Assembly: GCA_964409025.1 (NCBI GenBank)
Contig: CAYPBV010000002.1
Coordinates: 927 to 64,926 of the forward strand
Source of the DNA: an uncultured Chitinophagaceae bacterium
GTDB lineage: Bacteria; Bacteroidota; Bacteroidia; Chitinophagales; Chitinophagaceae
Length of the DNA: 64,000 nt
Direction: 5' to 3'
Shown in pieces: positions 27,181-38,306 of this stretch. Below the pieces are notes generated by a model that saw nothing but the letters and a program-made list of their open reading frames with translations, was not told the DNA's origin and did no database searches. The position numbers were made by a program, and so were the translations under genes. Position 1 is the stretch's first letter; every line of letters starts with the position of its first letter.

Positions 27181-28374
27181 ACAAATCAACGGTATGACAG
27201 GTGTGGGTAATGGTGTATAACGCAGCAATAGAAAAGTGGCAGCCACAACCAATAAGTTTATTTCACTTACTCTGTCAAACTGCATAATTGCCATATCTTT
27301 TGAGAGGTAAAAAGCAGAAGCTATCATTAAGCCAACAACAGCCGCATTGATTCCCTCAAGTGAGCGGTAAATTACAGCATATCGCTTTAGATTGTGCCAG
27401 ATAGGATAAAAGAATAACACCAACAATGCGCTCGGTAAAAAAATGGCAATTGTTCCAATAACAGCACCTGTTAACTGCATTCCTTTTCCATCTTTTCTTA
27501 ATGCCATGCCGCCCGCATAAGTTGCCATTGAAAAAACAGGCCCGGGAATACCCTGTACAAAACCGGCACCGGTTAACAGTTCTTCTTTTGTTACATATTG
27601 TGTTTTTTCACGAACTACAAACTGTTCATACATCATAGGCATGAGCACCTGTCCTCCGCCAAACACAAGACTACCAAAACGATAGAAATTTTCAAACAGG
27701 TTAAATGCCTTTCGGTTTTCCCATTGTTGTTTATTTGCAACCGTACTTAAAACACCTGCGGCTATGAACACAAAAGCAAACAGCCAGATATTGGTCCATT
27801 TTACTTTTTTAGGTGGTTCTTCTTTTTGTGGAATACGCTTACTGCTGAAATTGGTTGCAATACCGGCACAAACTAAAATAATAGGAAAAACCCATGGCGT
27901 CTTAAAAAAAATATACGTACCAAGCGCTGCCATAATCATTATGACCCTTGTAATGGTATTATTCACTGATATGCAATAGGCCTTCCATGCAGCATAAATA
28001 AGAAAACCTATCGCCATAGGCTGGAGGTATTTAAAAATATCAGTATCCAATGCTTTCTTATCAATATAATGTACGAGAAAAGAAAAGGCACCCATAATAA
28101 AACAGGCCGGTAATATCCATATAAGAAATGAAATAATAGCAAGAGAGACACCACCACGTTTATATCCAATTAATGTAATGGTTTGTGTAGAGGATGCGCC
28201 CGGCAGCAATTGACAAAAAGAAATTAAATCAGTGAGCTCTTTCTCTGTAACATCTCTTCGTTTGTTTACAAAGGTTTTCATCATCATACCAAAATGTCCC
28301 TGGGGGCCGCCAAACGCAGTTAATGTATAAATCAAAACTGATTTCAGAAATGGTATGTGTCTGATTAATGCCAG
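27157..28374 (-). CDS. chrA: Chromate efflux transporter (CHR family)
   Basis: [29 protein letters not shown]. Frame is open upstream to CTG 28374 ([11 protein letters not shown]); start uncertain. Confidence 0.88.
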   Translation of the reverse strand: MALIRHIPFLKSVLIYTLTAFGGPQGHFGMMMKTFVNKRRDVTEKELTDLISFCQLLPGASSTQTITLIGYKRGGVSLAIISFLIWILPACFIMGAFSFLVHYIDKKALDTDIFKYLQPMAIGFLIYAAWKAYCISVNNTITRVIMIMAALGTYIFFKTPWVFPIILVCAGIATNFSSKRIPQKEEPPKKVKWTNIWLFAFVFIAAGVLSTVANKQQWENRKAFNLFENFYRFGSLVFGGGQVLMPMMYEQFVVREKTQYVTKEELLTGAGFVQGIPGPVFSMATYAGGMALRKDGKGMQLTGAVIGTIAIFLPSALLVLFFYPIWHNLKRYAVIYRSLEGINAAVVGLMIASAFYLSKDMAIMQFDRVSEINLLVVAATFLLLRYTPLPTPVIPLICLFLGWVF

Positions 28375-28384
28375 ATAATTTCTT

Positions 28385-29329
28385 TTATTTTTTCAATCCT
28401 ATTTCTTTGAGTCTTTCATCCAGGTATTCCCCTGCAGTTACATCATCATACTGTTTTAGTGTAGATGTGCTGATACAACTTGGTAAACAGGCTAACGGCA
28501 TACTTGCCCGTGGATGCAAAAAGAAAGGTATTGAAAATCTGGAAGTATGCCAAAGTGAACGTGGCGGATTAACTACACGATGCGTTGTTGAACGTAATTT
28601 GTTATTGGTCAAGCGCTGCAGCATATCTCCCACGTTAACAACAATTTGATCGGGCAACGAAGTGACGCCCACCCATTCATTTTGTTTGGTTAATATTTCC
28701 AAACCATCAGCACTGGCACCAACTAATAAAGTTATAAGATTGATGTCTTCATGCTGCTCAGCCCGAATAGCAGTTTTGGGCTCATGTGTAATTGGCGGAT
28801 AATGAATAGCTCTTAAGATGGAATTTCCATTATTAACCCATTCATCAAAATAGAACTCGTCCAGTGAAAGGTAAAGTGCTATGGCCTGTAATAATTTTTT
28901 TCCAGACGCTTCAAAATGATGATAGGCCGCTTCGAAAGTGGCATTAAATTTTTCAACCTCTTTTACTCTTACATTTTCAGGATATCCTTCTTTGGCCCTT
29001 AACACCGCATCAGTGATTTGTCCATATTGAAAAAACTCTTTCAGGTCAGGTGCCTCGCTTCCTTTAGCATGTTCTTTACCAAATGATGTGTAACCTCTTT
29101 GCCCCGCAAGACCCGGAACTTCATACTGCCTTTTCAAATCCAGTGGCAATGAAAAAAACTGCTGTACATATTTATACAACTCTTTTATAAGCTCATCAGG
29201 AATACCGTGATTTTTTACAGCCACAAATCCTACTTCTTCATAGGCATTGCCCAACTGGTTTACAAACTGCAATTTATTTGCAGTATCATGAGTATCAAAC
29301 ATAGCAAGATCTACAACAGGTATGGTCAT
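28385..29329 (-). CDS. Isopenicillin-N-synthase-like 2OG-Fe(II) oxygenase
   Basis: [16 protein letters not shown] (HxD), VNVGDML, STTHRV, RFSIPFF. Confidence 0.9.
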   Translation of the reverse strand: MTIPVVDLAMFDTHDTANKLQFVNQLGNAYEEVGFVAVKNHGIPDELIKELYKYVQQFFSLPLDLKRQYEVPGLAGQRGYTSFGKEHAKGSEAPDLKEFFQYGQITDAVLRAKEGYPENVRVKEVEKFNATFEAAYHHFEASGKKLLQAIALYLSLDEFYFDEWVNNGNSILRAIHYPPITHEPKTAIRAEQHEDINLITLLVGASADGLEILTKQNEWVGVTSLPDQIVVNVGDMLQRLTNNKLRSTTHRVVNPPRSLWHTSRFSIPFFLHPRASMPLACLPSCISTSTLKQYDDVTAGEYLDERLKEIGLKK

Positions 29330-29393
29330 GATACAGAATTTACATTTATTTATAAAAGATAGCGCTTAAGTTTGAGGTGCAAAAATTAAACAT

Positions 29394-30440
29394 TTGAATC
29401 ACTTTAAGAAGCTTTCTGTTTGTTTTGTTCTGTTAATAACGCTCATTTGCTGTAAACCGGCATATCATTCCTTTACTCCCAGCTACAAAAAAGAATTTGC
29501 AGTTGTAAACAACAATCAACCTGACTATTCCAATGTAAAGTATTGGGCAGCACATCCATGGAAAACAGACCCATCTGACAGCATTCCTTTACCCTTGAAG
29601 AATGAAAAACGAGATTCCACAGTAGATGTTTTTTTTCTGCACCCCACAACGTTAACTGATAAAAAAACAGAAGCTGTCATCTGGAACGCTGATATAGACA
29701 ATGCAGAACTGAATGCCAAAACAGATTACAGTTCTATACTTTACCAGGCAAGTGTTTTTAATGCAAGCTGCAGGGTGTTTGCACCCAGGTACAGACAAGC
29801 ACATTTGTATTCCTTTTTTACTAAAGATTCTACAAAGGGAAAAGCAGCTCTGCGTATGGCTTATGAAGATGTAAGGTCAGCTTTTGAATATTACCTGAAA
29901 CATTATAACAACGGCAGACCCATTATCATAGCAGGTCACAGTCAGGGTACACTGCATGCACAACTTCTGTTAAAACATTTTTTTGATGGAACAGCTCTAG
30001 CCAAACAACTGGTTTGTGCTTACATACCGGGATTAGTGATTTCAAAAAATGAATTTACCGTACTGCAACCATGCACAGACAATGCAGGTACAGGCTGCTT
30101 TGTTGGATGGAGAACATACAGAAAAAATTATACGCCGGAATTTATTGAAAAAGAAAACGGAAATTCATGGGTGGTGAATCCTGTTTCATGGACGATTGAC
30201 AGTCTGTACCACGATCGGGATAAAAACACAGGTGCAGTGCTGTACAACTTTAAAAAAATTATTCCGCATACTAACGGAGCACAAATCCATAATGGCATGT
30301 TGTGGGTAGAGCGGCCCAAATTTCCCGGTAGCTTTTTGTATAGAAGCAAAAACTATCACCCCGGAGATATTAATTTATTCTACATAAACATTAGAGAAAA
30401 TATTAAAGACAGAATTCAATCCTACTTTGAAAAGCAATAA
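29394..30440 (+). CDS. DUF3089 alpha/beta-hydrolase lipoprotein
   Basis: WAAHP, VDVFFLHPT, QASVFN, APRYRQ, AGHSQG, YHPGD. Confidence 0.85.
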   Translation: MNHFKKLSVCFVLLITLICCKPAYHSFTPSYKKEFAVVNNNQPDYSNVKYWAAHPWKTDPSDSIPLPLKNEKRDSTVDVFFLHPTTLTDKKTEAVIWNADIDNAELNAKTDYSSILYQASVFNASCRVFAPRYRQAHLYSFFTKDSTKGKAALRMAYEDVRSAFEYYLKHYNNGRPIIIAGHSQGTLHAQLLLKHFFDGTALAKQLVCAYIPGLVISKNEFTVLQPCTDNAGTGCFVGWRTYRKNYTPEFIEKENGNSWVVNPVSWTIDSLYHDRDKNTGAVLYNFKKIIPHTNGAQIHNGMLWVERPKFPGSFLYRSKNYHPGDINLFYINIRENIKDRIQSYFEKQ

Positions 30441-30442
30441 AA

Positions 30443-30469
30443 AAAGCACATCCTGTTGAGATGTGCTTT
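30443..30469. terminator. Terminator between convergent genes
   Basis: AAAGCACATC-CTGTTGA-GATGTGCTTT. Confidence 0.75.
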
Positions 30470-30488
30470 CCCTTGGCAATTATGAAAT

Positions 30489-31157
30489 TTATTTAATAGT
30501 AAATGCTCCTAATTTCGTTTCTGTATTTACGTCAATTGATGCAAGAGAGATGCGCAATCGAACTTTATTAGCAATCATACCTACATTTTTTGCAAATAAG
30601 TAAGTAATATCATTATTCTCAATTGTAACCCCGGTGATTGCAGGAGTAAGCTTGACTCTTATAACATCTTTAAAACTATTACCATTAAAAGAGGTATCAA
30701 ATTTATTTCCAACAACAGAGAAAGCAAGGTTTACCGGAATGGGAAAAGGAGAACCTGAAAAAGCAATCGATTTAGTTTCACTCCAGCTACCCCCTGCAGC
30801 AAGATTATCTTTCAGATATAATACTTCTATAGCCTGAGGTAAAGCTGCAAAGGATGCAATGCGGTAATAATCATTACCCGTTTTATTATAATACTCATTG
30901 GCACCTATTGAATTTGTAAATACTTTATAAGTACGCCCGCTGGAAGCAGAGTCTCTGGAGGTAGCGGTGAGCTTATAACTTACATTCACTGCATTAGCTC
31001 CTGAAGTGCCGGTAGTTGTATAATTCCATTCACTGCCGGTACTTACAGGTTGATAGGTAAATGTTTCCGGTTGCGGTGAATCAGTTTTCTTATTACAATT
31101 GCTTGCTGTGAGCGTTATGTACAAAATAAGGCAAACAGATAAAATGGTTTTTTGCAT
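30489..31157 (-). CDS. Hypothetical lipoprotein
   Basis: MQKTILSV...TASNCNKK lipobox; GSEWNY; FAKNVGMI. Confidence 0.75.
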   Translation of the reverse strand: MQKTILSVCLILYITLTASNCNKKTDSPQPETFTYQPVSTGSEWNYTTTGTSGANAVNVSYKLTATSRDSASSGRTYKVFTNSIGANEYYNKTGNDYYRIASFAALPQAIEVLYLKDNLAAGGSWSETKSIAFSGSPFPIPVNLAFSVVGNKFDTSFNGNSFKDVIRVKLTPAITGVTIENNDITYLFAKNVGMIANKVRLRISLASIDVNTETKLGAFTIK

Positions 31158-31209
31158 AGAATTGCTTTTGGTGTGCGTTGATAAAACGCTCTGTAACGCT
31201 TCTTGTTGT

Positions 31210-32658
31210 TTAAAACTCACAGTTTTTGGGCGTTCGGGGAAATGCAATCACGTCACGGATATTGCCCATACCTGTTACAAACTGCACCATGCGCTCAAAA
31301 CCCAATCCAAAACCAGCATGTGGCACCGTACCAAAACGACGGGTATCCAAATACCACCACAAGTCATCAGCAGGTACATGCATCGCTTTCATACGAGCCA
31401 TCAATTTATCTAAACGCTCTTCACGTTGTGAGCCGCCCACTATTTCACCGATGCCGGGCGCCAGAATATCCATAGCAGCAACAGTTTCTTTACCAAGCTC
31501 ACACCCCTCATCCTGACGCATGTAAAATGCTTTAATAGCTGCAGGATAGTTGGTAACAATTACAGGCTTTTTAAAATGCTTCTCTACCAGATAACGCTCG
31601 TGCTCACTCTGCATATCTATACCCCACTTTACTTCGTATTGAAATTTCTTCTTTTTGTAAGCAGGTGATTGAAGTAAAATATCAATAGCCTGTGTATAAG
31701 TGATGCGTTCAAAATTGTTATTGAGCACAAACTCTAACTTTTCAATCAATCCCATTTCACTGCGCTTGTCCTGCGGCAGTTGCTTTTCTTCATCAGCTAA
31801 ACGTTGTGCAAGGAACTCCAAATCTTCACGATTGTTCTCCATTGCAAAACGGATAATGTATTTGATGAACTCTTCAGCAAGGTTCATATTGTCTTCCAAA
31901 TCATGAAAGGCCATCTCGGGTTCTATCATCCAGAACTCTGCCAGGTGACGGGCGGTGTTACTGTTCTCTGCACGAAAGGTGGGACCAAACGTATAAATTT
32001 CACCAAAGGCTGTAGCTCCCAACTCGCCTTCGAGCTGACCACTCACCGTTAAGTTGGTAGCACGGCCAAAGAAGTCTTCTTTATAGTTAATGCTGCCATC
32101 TTCGTTTCGTGGCGGATTATCAAAAGGTAATGTGCTTACACGAAACATTTCACCTGCTCCTTCCGCATCGCTGGCGGTAACGATAGGTGTATGCAGATAT
32201 ATGAATCCTTTTTCATGAAAAAATTTGTGAACCGCATATGCTATCGAATGACGCACACGAAACACCGAACCGAATGTATTGGTACGAAAACGCAGGTGGG
32301 CGATTTCTCTTAAAAATTCAAGGCTGTGTTTTTTAGGTTGCAAGGGATATTTTTCTGCATCACTGTCTCCCAAAATCTCAATGGCTGCTGCCTTGAGTTC
32401 AACCGTTTGTCCTTTGCCGAGCGAAGGAATCAAAAGACCCGTTACTTTTAAAGAAGCAGAAGTAGTAATGCGTTTGAGCAATTCCTCATCAAATTTGCCC
32501 AACTCCAATACAACCTGAAGATTATTATTGGTACTGCCATCATTCAGCGCCACAAACTGATTGTTACGAAACGTACGTACCCAACCCATCACTGTTACTT
32601 CCTGTTCTTTGGGTTCCCATGTGAGCAACTCCTTAATCTTCGTTCTTTTGTTAAACAT
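31210..32658 (-). CDS. asnS: Asparagine--tRNA ligase
   Basis: [58 protein letters not shown]. Confidence 0.97.
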   Translation of the reverse strand: MFNKRTKIKELLTWEPKEQEVTVMGWVRTFRNNQFVALNDGSTNNNLQVVLELGKFDEELLKRITTSASLKVTGLLIPSLGKGQTVELKAAAIEILGDSDAEKYPLQPKKHSLEFLREIAHLRFRTNTFGSVFRVRHSIAYAVHKFFHEKGFIYLHTPIVTASDAEGAGEMFRVSTLPFDNPPRNEDGSINYKEDFFGRATNLTVSGQLEGELGATAFGEIYTFGPTFRAENSNTARHLAEFWMIEPEMAFHDLEDNMNLAEEFIKYIIRFAMENNREDLEFLAQRLADEEKQLPQDKRSEMGLIEKLEFVLNNNFERITYTQAIDILLQSPAYKKKKFQYEVKWGIDMQSEHERYLVEKHFKKPVIVTNYPAAIKAFYMRQDEGCELGKETVAAMDILAPGIGEIVGGSQREERLDKLMARMKAMHVPADDLWWYLDTRRFGTVPHAGFGLGFERMVQFVTGMGNIRDVIAFPRTPKNCEF

Positions 32659-32814
32659 ACACCTGATTTTGAGGGAGCAAAGATAAAGAATGTGGGCTTT
32701 GTGTTTTGATAATATGCCAAACTATAGCTAATGTTAATCTAAAATATTTTTCACAAGTAGTTTGGTTGTTTCAGAATTCAAAATTACTTTAGTTGAAACT
32801 TAAAAAGATTTGTT

Positions 32815-33871
32815 ATGAAAAAAATTACCCCCCCCCCCGGCTATTTCGTTATTAATTTCATTTCTTTTCCTGTTTGTCTTTACAGCCTGTAAGAAAAACA
32901 TGAATTCAAATGAGAATATCCCCTTGCCAAAAAAGGACGAATCTGCTGCTGTTAAAACATTTTTATCAGGCGAAACGGAAAAACTTACATCCTCTGCCAA
33001 AGAAAGAGTTGATTTTTTTCTTTCTACGCTTGATTTTTCTACAGCCCGCTTTTTTCAAAAAGATGAATCAGAAAAAATTTACTTTGTTCCTCCAGGACAG
33101 AATTCTTCACTAAAACAGGCGTTGATTATTTTTTGTAATGAGGATGGAACGTATCGTAGAGCGTCGAGGCTTCGTTATTCTTTGAATGAAGTTAAAAATA
33201 TTCCTGATTTCTCAAACAAGGACTTCTATTTCCTTTTTAGTAATAGTAAGGAATGCAAAAAAGGAATTTATACAATCTCAACGCTTGAGGATATTTTTCT
33301 GCAGAGAATTACAGTCAACCAAAAAGGAGATTTTGGATATGGGTTTTTAAAAAAGAAGGACAGCCAACCACAAAATCAAATTCAAGCTGAAAATGATTGT
33401 ATAGATTGGTATATGGTAACAACGATAACCTATGCAGATGGTTCAACCGAAACAACAGAAGAATTTTTATTTACTACTTGTAATGGTTGTCCAATGAATG
33501 GGCAATTAGAATCGCTTTGTGAAGCAGGAAATAATTGGGGGGCTTCAAATCCGCCTTCAGAAGAACCTGTAACAAAACAGGTTGATTGGCGTGTTGGTAA
33601 TTCTTCATCATGGTACGTAAAATCCTATGAAAAGCTAAATGGTACAAAAATTACAAACGGTTCGTTTGGTGGTGGTTTTACGAAGATAACACATCTTAAC
33701 TCGGCAATCTTTAATCTTCAAGGTCTGGCAACATGGCAAGAACTTGCAGTTACAACTTCATGTAATCCAACTTATGCATATAGCACCGTATCTGGAAGGG
33801 TTACGAAAGAAGGGGTACCCGATATGGAAGTTAACAAATCAACAGTTTGGGGCTTTTATGCTGAGTTTTAA
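32815..33871 (+). CDS. Lipoprotein with signal peptide frameshifted at a C11 tract (phase-variable OFF state or homopolymer error)
   Basis: From ATG 32815 with C11 the frame stops early. With C10 it reads MKKITPPPAISLLISFLFLFVFTA-CKKNMNSNE, continuous with ORF 32900..33871. Confidence 0.75.
32828..32838 (+). repeat. C11 homopolymer
   Basis: ATTA-CCCCCCCCCCC-GG in codons 5-8, in an otherwise AT-rich region. Confidence 0.9.
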
Positions 33872-33880
33872 TTTTCAAAT

Positions 33881-34609
33881 ATGAAATATTGCTTTTTAAT
33901 AATAAAACTGATGATTTTTTTTGGTTGTGTTTCATCGGAAAAATTGAAAAATTGTGGTTCTGTTAAATTAAAACTAAGATTAATAGAAAAAAAAACGGGG
34001 CAGGAAATTCCTGTTCCGTTTTATGAAGATTTTCATTTCTTCTTTTTGGATAGCATGATCATTTGTGAGCAGATAGCCTTAAATGTTAGAACAGATGAAA
34101 ACAATAATGAAACCAAGGAAAGAGTAATTAAAGGCTATACTTTTATTGACCTTCCGTCTAAGACATATACAACTTATAAAACCTTTTCAGATACATCCTC
34201 CTATATCAAGCACTACAAACAACCCGACACGGGAAGAGTAGAGGGTGGATGGAATTTTATTTCAACCCCCGACCCAGATAGTGTTATTGGGCCACCCGTT
34301 GATACTGTAATTAATGGGATAGCCTTCTGTAAATACTTATGTAAAAAATCCAGTTCAAATCAAGAAATATTTTCTTTCATCTTTGTAAAGAAAAAACCTA
34401 CAACAATCCCCCTTTATTTTACGTTTCGCCACGAATTCACCCGAAGCCTCGGGTCTCCTGTTACACGTGTAGAAAACATTGTTGAAAAAGATTCCTATAA
34501 CCTTTCTTCTGAATATGTTTTATTGAAAAATACACTCACTAAAGAGGAACTATCAGTATTTACAAGATGGAAGAAAAATCTACGAAAATTACAAAATTCA
34601 AAGCCTTAG
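33881..34609 (+). CDS. Hypothetical exported protein or lipoprotein, partner of the upstream gene
   Basis: MKYCFLIIKLMIFFGC lipobox-like start; 9 bp after the upstream stop; DTVING motif. Confidence 0.7.
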   Translation: MKYCFLIIKLMIFFGCVSSEKLKNCGSVKLKLRLIEKKTGQEIPVPFYEDFHFFFLDSMIICEQIALNVRTDENNNETKERVIKGYTFIDLPSKTYTTYKTFSDTSSYIKHYKQPDTGRVEGGWNFISTPDPDSVIGPPVDTVINGIAFCKYLCKKSSSNQEIFSFIFVKKKPTTIPLYFTFRHEFTRSLGSPVTRVENIVEKDSYNLSSEYVLLKNTLTKEELSVFTRWKKNLRKLQNSKP

Positions 34610-34961
34610 CCTTTGTCAAAAAATTAGAAATAGCTTGTTTTAGGTTTAAACCTTCAATAAAAGAGGTTTTGTACGTGGATCTTTTCAAACATGGGCAACA
34701 ACGAAAAAACTGGGGTTTTATGAGATTGCCCATTTTACAAACACTATCTGGCATTTATTTACTCAGCCCTCTCCAACAATTTTTTTGCTTTTATTAAAAT
34801 TGCCGTAACATTGCAGCGGAAACAGACTGGTTTCAAAATCCGATTCTTCAAAATCAAAGCACGTCTGAATAAGTCGTTTTCCGCTCCCAACTTTAAATAA
34901 TCAATCAATTTCGTATTCCGGCTTTACTGTTTTAGCTATTGATTCATGAATTAAAACTTTT

Positions 34962-36590
34962 ATGTACGACATACTCCAACTGAACGACATGCTCGTTCCC
35001 GAACTGCTGGATGTAGCAGAACAACTCAAGATTACAGGTGCCAAAAAAATGGACAAACAGGAACTTATTTACAAAATCCTCGATAAACAGGCTGTTATGG
35101 CAAGTGAACAAAAAAACAGTGGCGACGAGAAAACACGCCGCAAACGCATTGTAAAAACTTCAACCGCTACAGGTACTGAAGAAGCAGTGGTAGAGAGTGG
35201 TGATACTGCTCCACCTGCAAAAGGCAAAAAGAAAAAAGAAGAAGCGCCTGCTAAAAAAATAATGAAGAAAACAGAGCAACCTGCTATTGACCCTGCTGAG
35301 CTGGCGGCCAACTTTCTGTCAGCTATTGCCCTGCCCGGTGATGATAACTATGTGGCAGATGGACCTGCGCCGGAGGGTGAAGAACAGGAACCGCAGCAGC
35401 CGCAGCAGCAGGAAGCACCTGTACAGCAACGCCCGCAACAAAACAACAGAAGAGAACAGCTTTTCAATATTGAATTTGACGGCATTATACAAGCCGAAGG
35501 TGTGCTTGAAATGATGCCTGATGGTTATGGCTTTTTAAGAAGCAGCGATTATAACTATTTGTCAAGTCCTGATGATGTTTATGTATCACCATCGCAAATC
35601 AAATTGTTTGGTTTAAAAACGGGTGATACGGTTTATGGTTCTGTACGTCCGCCAAAAGAAGGTGAGAAATATTTTGCCTTGCTTAAAGTTGATACTATTA
35701 ACGGCAAGCGTCCTGATGAAGTGAGAGACCGTGTGCCTTTTGATTACCTCACACCTTTGTTCCCGTTTGAAAAATTAAATCTGGCTACAACTCCTAATAA
35801 TTACAGCACCCGTATCATGGATTTGTTTACGCCTATTGGTAAAGGTCAGCGTGGATTAATAGTGGCGCAACCAAAAACAGGTAAAACGATGTTGCTGAAA
35901 GAAGTGGCCAACGCCATTGCTGAAAATCATCCTGAATGTTATTTAATGATTGTGCTGGTAGATGAGCGACCTGAAGAGGTAACAGATATGGAACGCAGTG
36001 TAAAAGCTGAAGTGATTGCATCCACCTTTGATGAGCCTGCTGAAAAGCATGTAAAAGTTTCAACCATTGCCCTGCAAAAAGCAAAGCGACTCGTTGAATG
36101 CGGTCATGATGTGGTGATATTGCTGGATTCCATTACACGTCTTGCACGTGCACATAACACAGTAGCTCCCGCAAGTGGCAAGGTGTTGAGTGGCGGCGTG
36201 GAAGCGAATGCAATGCAAAAACCGAAACAATTTTTTGGTGCAGCACGTAAAATTGAAAACGGCGGTTCATTAACCATTCTTGCAACAGCGCTTGTAGATA
36301 CAGGAAGTAAAATGGACGAGGTGATTTTTGAAGAATTTAAAGGAACAGGTAACATGGAACTGGCACTTGACCGTAAGCTGGCCAACAGACGTGTATTCCC
36401 TGCCATTGACATTGTTGCATCAAGCACACGCCGTGATGATTTGTTACTGGATAAAGATGTAGCCAAGCGTATGTGGGTTTTGCGTAAACACATGGCTGAT
36501 ATGAATACTGAAGAAGCCATGAATACATTGCTGCAGAACATGAGAGGCACAAAAGATAATAATGAGTTTTTAACGAGTATGAATGGATAA
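34962..36590 (+). CDS. rho: Transcription termination factor Rho with a low-complexity N-terminal insertion
   Basis: [62 protein letters not shown]. Confidence 0.97.
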   Translation: MYDILQLNDMLVPELLDVAEQLKITGAKKMDKQELIYKILDKQAVMASEQKNSGDEKTRRKRIVKTSTATGTEEAVVESGDTAPPAKGKKKKEEAPAKKIMKKTEQPAIDPAELAANFLSAIALPGDDNYVADGPAPEGEEQEPQQPQQQEAPVQQRPQQNNRREQLFNIEFDGIIQAEGVLEMMPDGYGFLRSSDYNYLSSPDDVYVSPSQIKLFGLKTGDTVYGSVRPPKEGEKYFALLKVDTINGKRPDEVRDRVPFDYLTPLFPFEKLNLATTPNNYSTRIMDLFTPIGKGQRGLIVAQPKTGKTMLLKEVANAIAENHPECYLMIVLVDERPEEVTDMERSVKAEVIASTFDEPAEKHVKVSTIALQKAKRLVECGHDVVILLDSITRLARAHNTVAPASGKVLSGGVEANAMQKPKQFFGAARKIENGGSLTILATALVDTGSKMDEVIFEEFKGTGNMELALDRKLANRRVFPAIDIVASSTRRDDLLLDKDVAKRMWVLRKHMADMNTEEAMNTLLQNMRGTKDNNEFLTSMNG

Positions 36591-36663
36591 AAAATTCTTT
36601 TTCCTAAAGAGACTTGTTTTCATCGGTACATCTGTGTATTACATAGCAACAAAAACAGTTTAT

Positions 36664-36984
36664 ATGAAATATTTTCTTCCCTTAGCATTTGTTCTACTCT
36701 GTGCTTGTGCAGACAATAGTAACAAAACAGATAACGAAAAAGCTGAAAGCGAAACAAAGATTGAAATCAAAACAGATTCGGGTGAAGTAAAGATTAACAG
36801 CGATGGTATCAGCATTCAATCGAGTGAAGGTGGTAAGGATACTGTAGGCATAAGGATTAATGGCGAAGACGGTATTAAAATTGAAGGGAAGGATGGTAAA
36901 GTAGAATTGAAAACAGATGGCGGCGGTAAGATTAAAATTGAAAAGAAAGGAACAGAAATTGATATCAAGATTAAAGAAAACTAA
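36664..36984 (+). CDS. Small lipoprotein with repeated K/I/G beta-strand units
   Basis: MKYFLPLAFVLLCAC lipobox. Confidence 0.7.
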   Translation: MKYFLPLAFVLLCACADNSNKTDNEKAESETKIEIKTDSGEVKINSDGISIQSSEGGKDTVGIRINGEDGIKIEGKDGKVELKTDGGGKIKIEKKGTEIDIKIKEN

Positions 36985-36988
36985 TCTT

Positions 36989-37013
36989 ATCCCCCGCACG
37001 TGCGGGGGATTTT
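36989..37013 (+). terminator. Perfect 22-bp palindrome, probable terminator
   Basis: ATCCCCCGCACGTGCGGGGGAT followed by TTT. Confidence 0.7.
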
Positions 37014-37016
37014 CTT

Positions 37017-37217
37017 ATGCTGCAACTGTTGAATTATATTTTCAGAGGTTTGGGTGTGCTTTGCTTTTTGCTCACCTGCTATTTGTGGTTTTATACTGAA
37101 AACTTTCAATTGTTTTTACTTGCAAAACGATTGACAATTATTTTTTTCTGTTTGTCGCTACTGTTTTGGCTCATTACAATCATTCCGCTAGGTTTTAAAA
37201 AGGATGCAGAAGAGTAA
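37017..37217 (+). CDS. Small two-TM membrane protein
   Basis: 66 aa, two hydrophobic stretches, ends 17 bp before selU. Confidence 0.5.
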   Translation: MLQLLNYIFRGLGVLCFLLTCYLWFYTENFQLFLLAKRLTIIFFCLSLLFWLITIIPLGFKKDAEE

Positions 37218-37234
37218 TTATTTTTACTCAGCAA

Positions 37235-38296
37235 ATGGCTATCAGCAAACTTCATATTGACGACTTTCTTAAACTGGCCCAACAGTACCCTGTACTGGAT
37301 GTGCGCAGTCCGCAGGAATATTTACACGCACATATACCCAATGCCGTTTCCTTTCCCTTGTTTTCAGATGATGAACGAAAGGTTGTAGGAACTGCTTACA
37401 AACAAAAAAGCAGAGAAGAAGCAATTAAGCTTGGCCTTGATTATTTTGGAGTGAAGATGCGGAAGATGGTGGAGCAGGCAGAGTCATTAGTCAATAGTCA
37501 TAAGCCAATAGTAGCAAATGATGGCTATCCACTATCGCCTAACGGCTCCAAAACAATACTTGTTCATTGCTGGCGTGGTGGTATGCGAAGCGCCGGTGTG
37601 GCATGGCTGTTGGATTTGTATGGATTTAAAGTTTATACGCTTATTGGAGGCTATAAAGTTTTTCGTAAATGGGTGCTGGAGCAATTTGAAAAAGAACATC
37701 AGTTCAAAGTGCTTGGTGGATATACCGGCAGCGGCAAAACACATGTACTCAAAGCATTGCAGCAACATGGACAAACGGTTATAGATTTAGAAGCACTTGC
37801 ACATCATAAAGGTTCGGCGTTTGGTAATATTGGTCAGCCTGCGCAACCCAAACAGGAAATGTTTGAAAATAAATTAGCACTGGAGTTGTATAAATCATCA
37901 GGAAAAACAATATGGGTAGAAGATGAAAGCCAGCGTATTGGTGATGTAAATATTCCCATAACGTTATGGCGATATTGGCGCAAACAGCCTCTTTACTTCC
38001 TTGATATTCCGTTTGAAGAACGCTTAAAGCACATTACAGAAGAATACGGCAGCTTGGAACGTGAAAGGTTGGTCAATGCAGTCATACGTATTAAAAAACG
38101 TTTGGGTGGTTTGGAAACAAAAGAATGTATTTTGGCGCTTATAGAAGAACGGGTGAAAGATTGCTTCCGCATTTTGCTTAACTATTACGACAGATGGTAT
38201 TTAAAAGGAATGAATAATAGAGAGGACTTAAAAACGTTATTACATAAAATACCCTGTGAAGCGGTAACTGAATCCAATTATCAACAACTTCTTTAA
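37235..38296 (+). CDS. mnmH: tRNA 2-selenouridine(34) synthase
   Basis: Rhodanese domain (DVRSPQEY..AHIP, HCWRGGMRS) plus P-loop GYTGSGKT, DLEALAHHKGSAFG, EDESQRIG. Confidence 0.95.
   Translation: MAISKLHIDDFLKLAQQYPVLDVRSPQEYLHAHIPNAVSFPLFSDDERKVVGTAYKQKSREEAIKLGLDYFGVKMRKMVEQAESLVNSHKPIVANDGYPLSPNGSKTILVHCWRGGMRSAGVAWLLDLYGFKVYTLIGGYKVFRKWVLEQFEKEHQFKVLGGYTGSGKTHVLKALQQHGQTVIDLEALAHHKGSAFGNIGQPAQPKQEMFENKLALELYKSSGKTIWVEDESQRIGDVNIPITLWRYWRKQPLYFLDIPFEERLKHITEEYGSLERERLVNAVIRIKKRLGGLETKECILALIEERVKDCFRILLNYYDRWYLKGMNNREDLKTLLHKIPCEAVTESNYQQLL
37482..37547. repeat. Inverted heptamer arrays inserted in frame in selU
   Basis: AGTCATT AGTCAAT AGTCATA AGCCAAT ... GATGGCT ATCCACT ATCGCCT AACGGCT. 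Confidence 0.65.
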
Positions 38297-38306
38297 TTCA
38301 GCAATA

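Noticed and set aside
34460..34475. parS-like TGTTACACGTGTAGAA
   Set aside because: Inside a coding region with a poorly matching right arm; likely chance.
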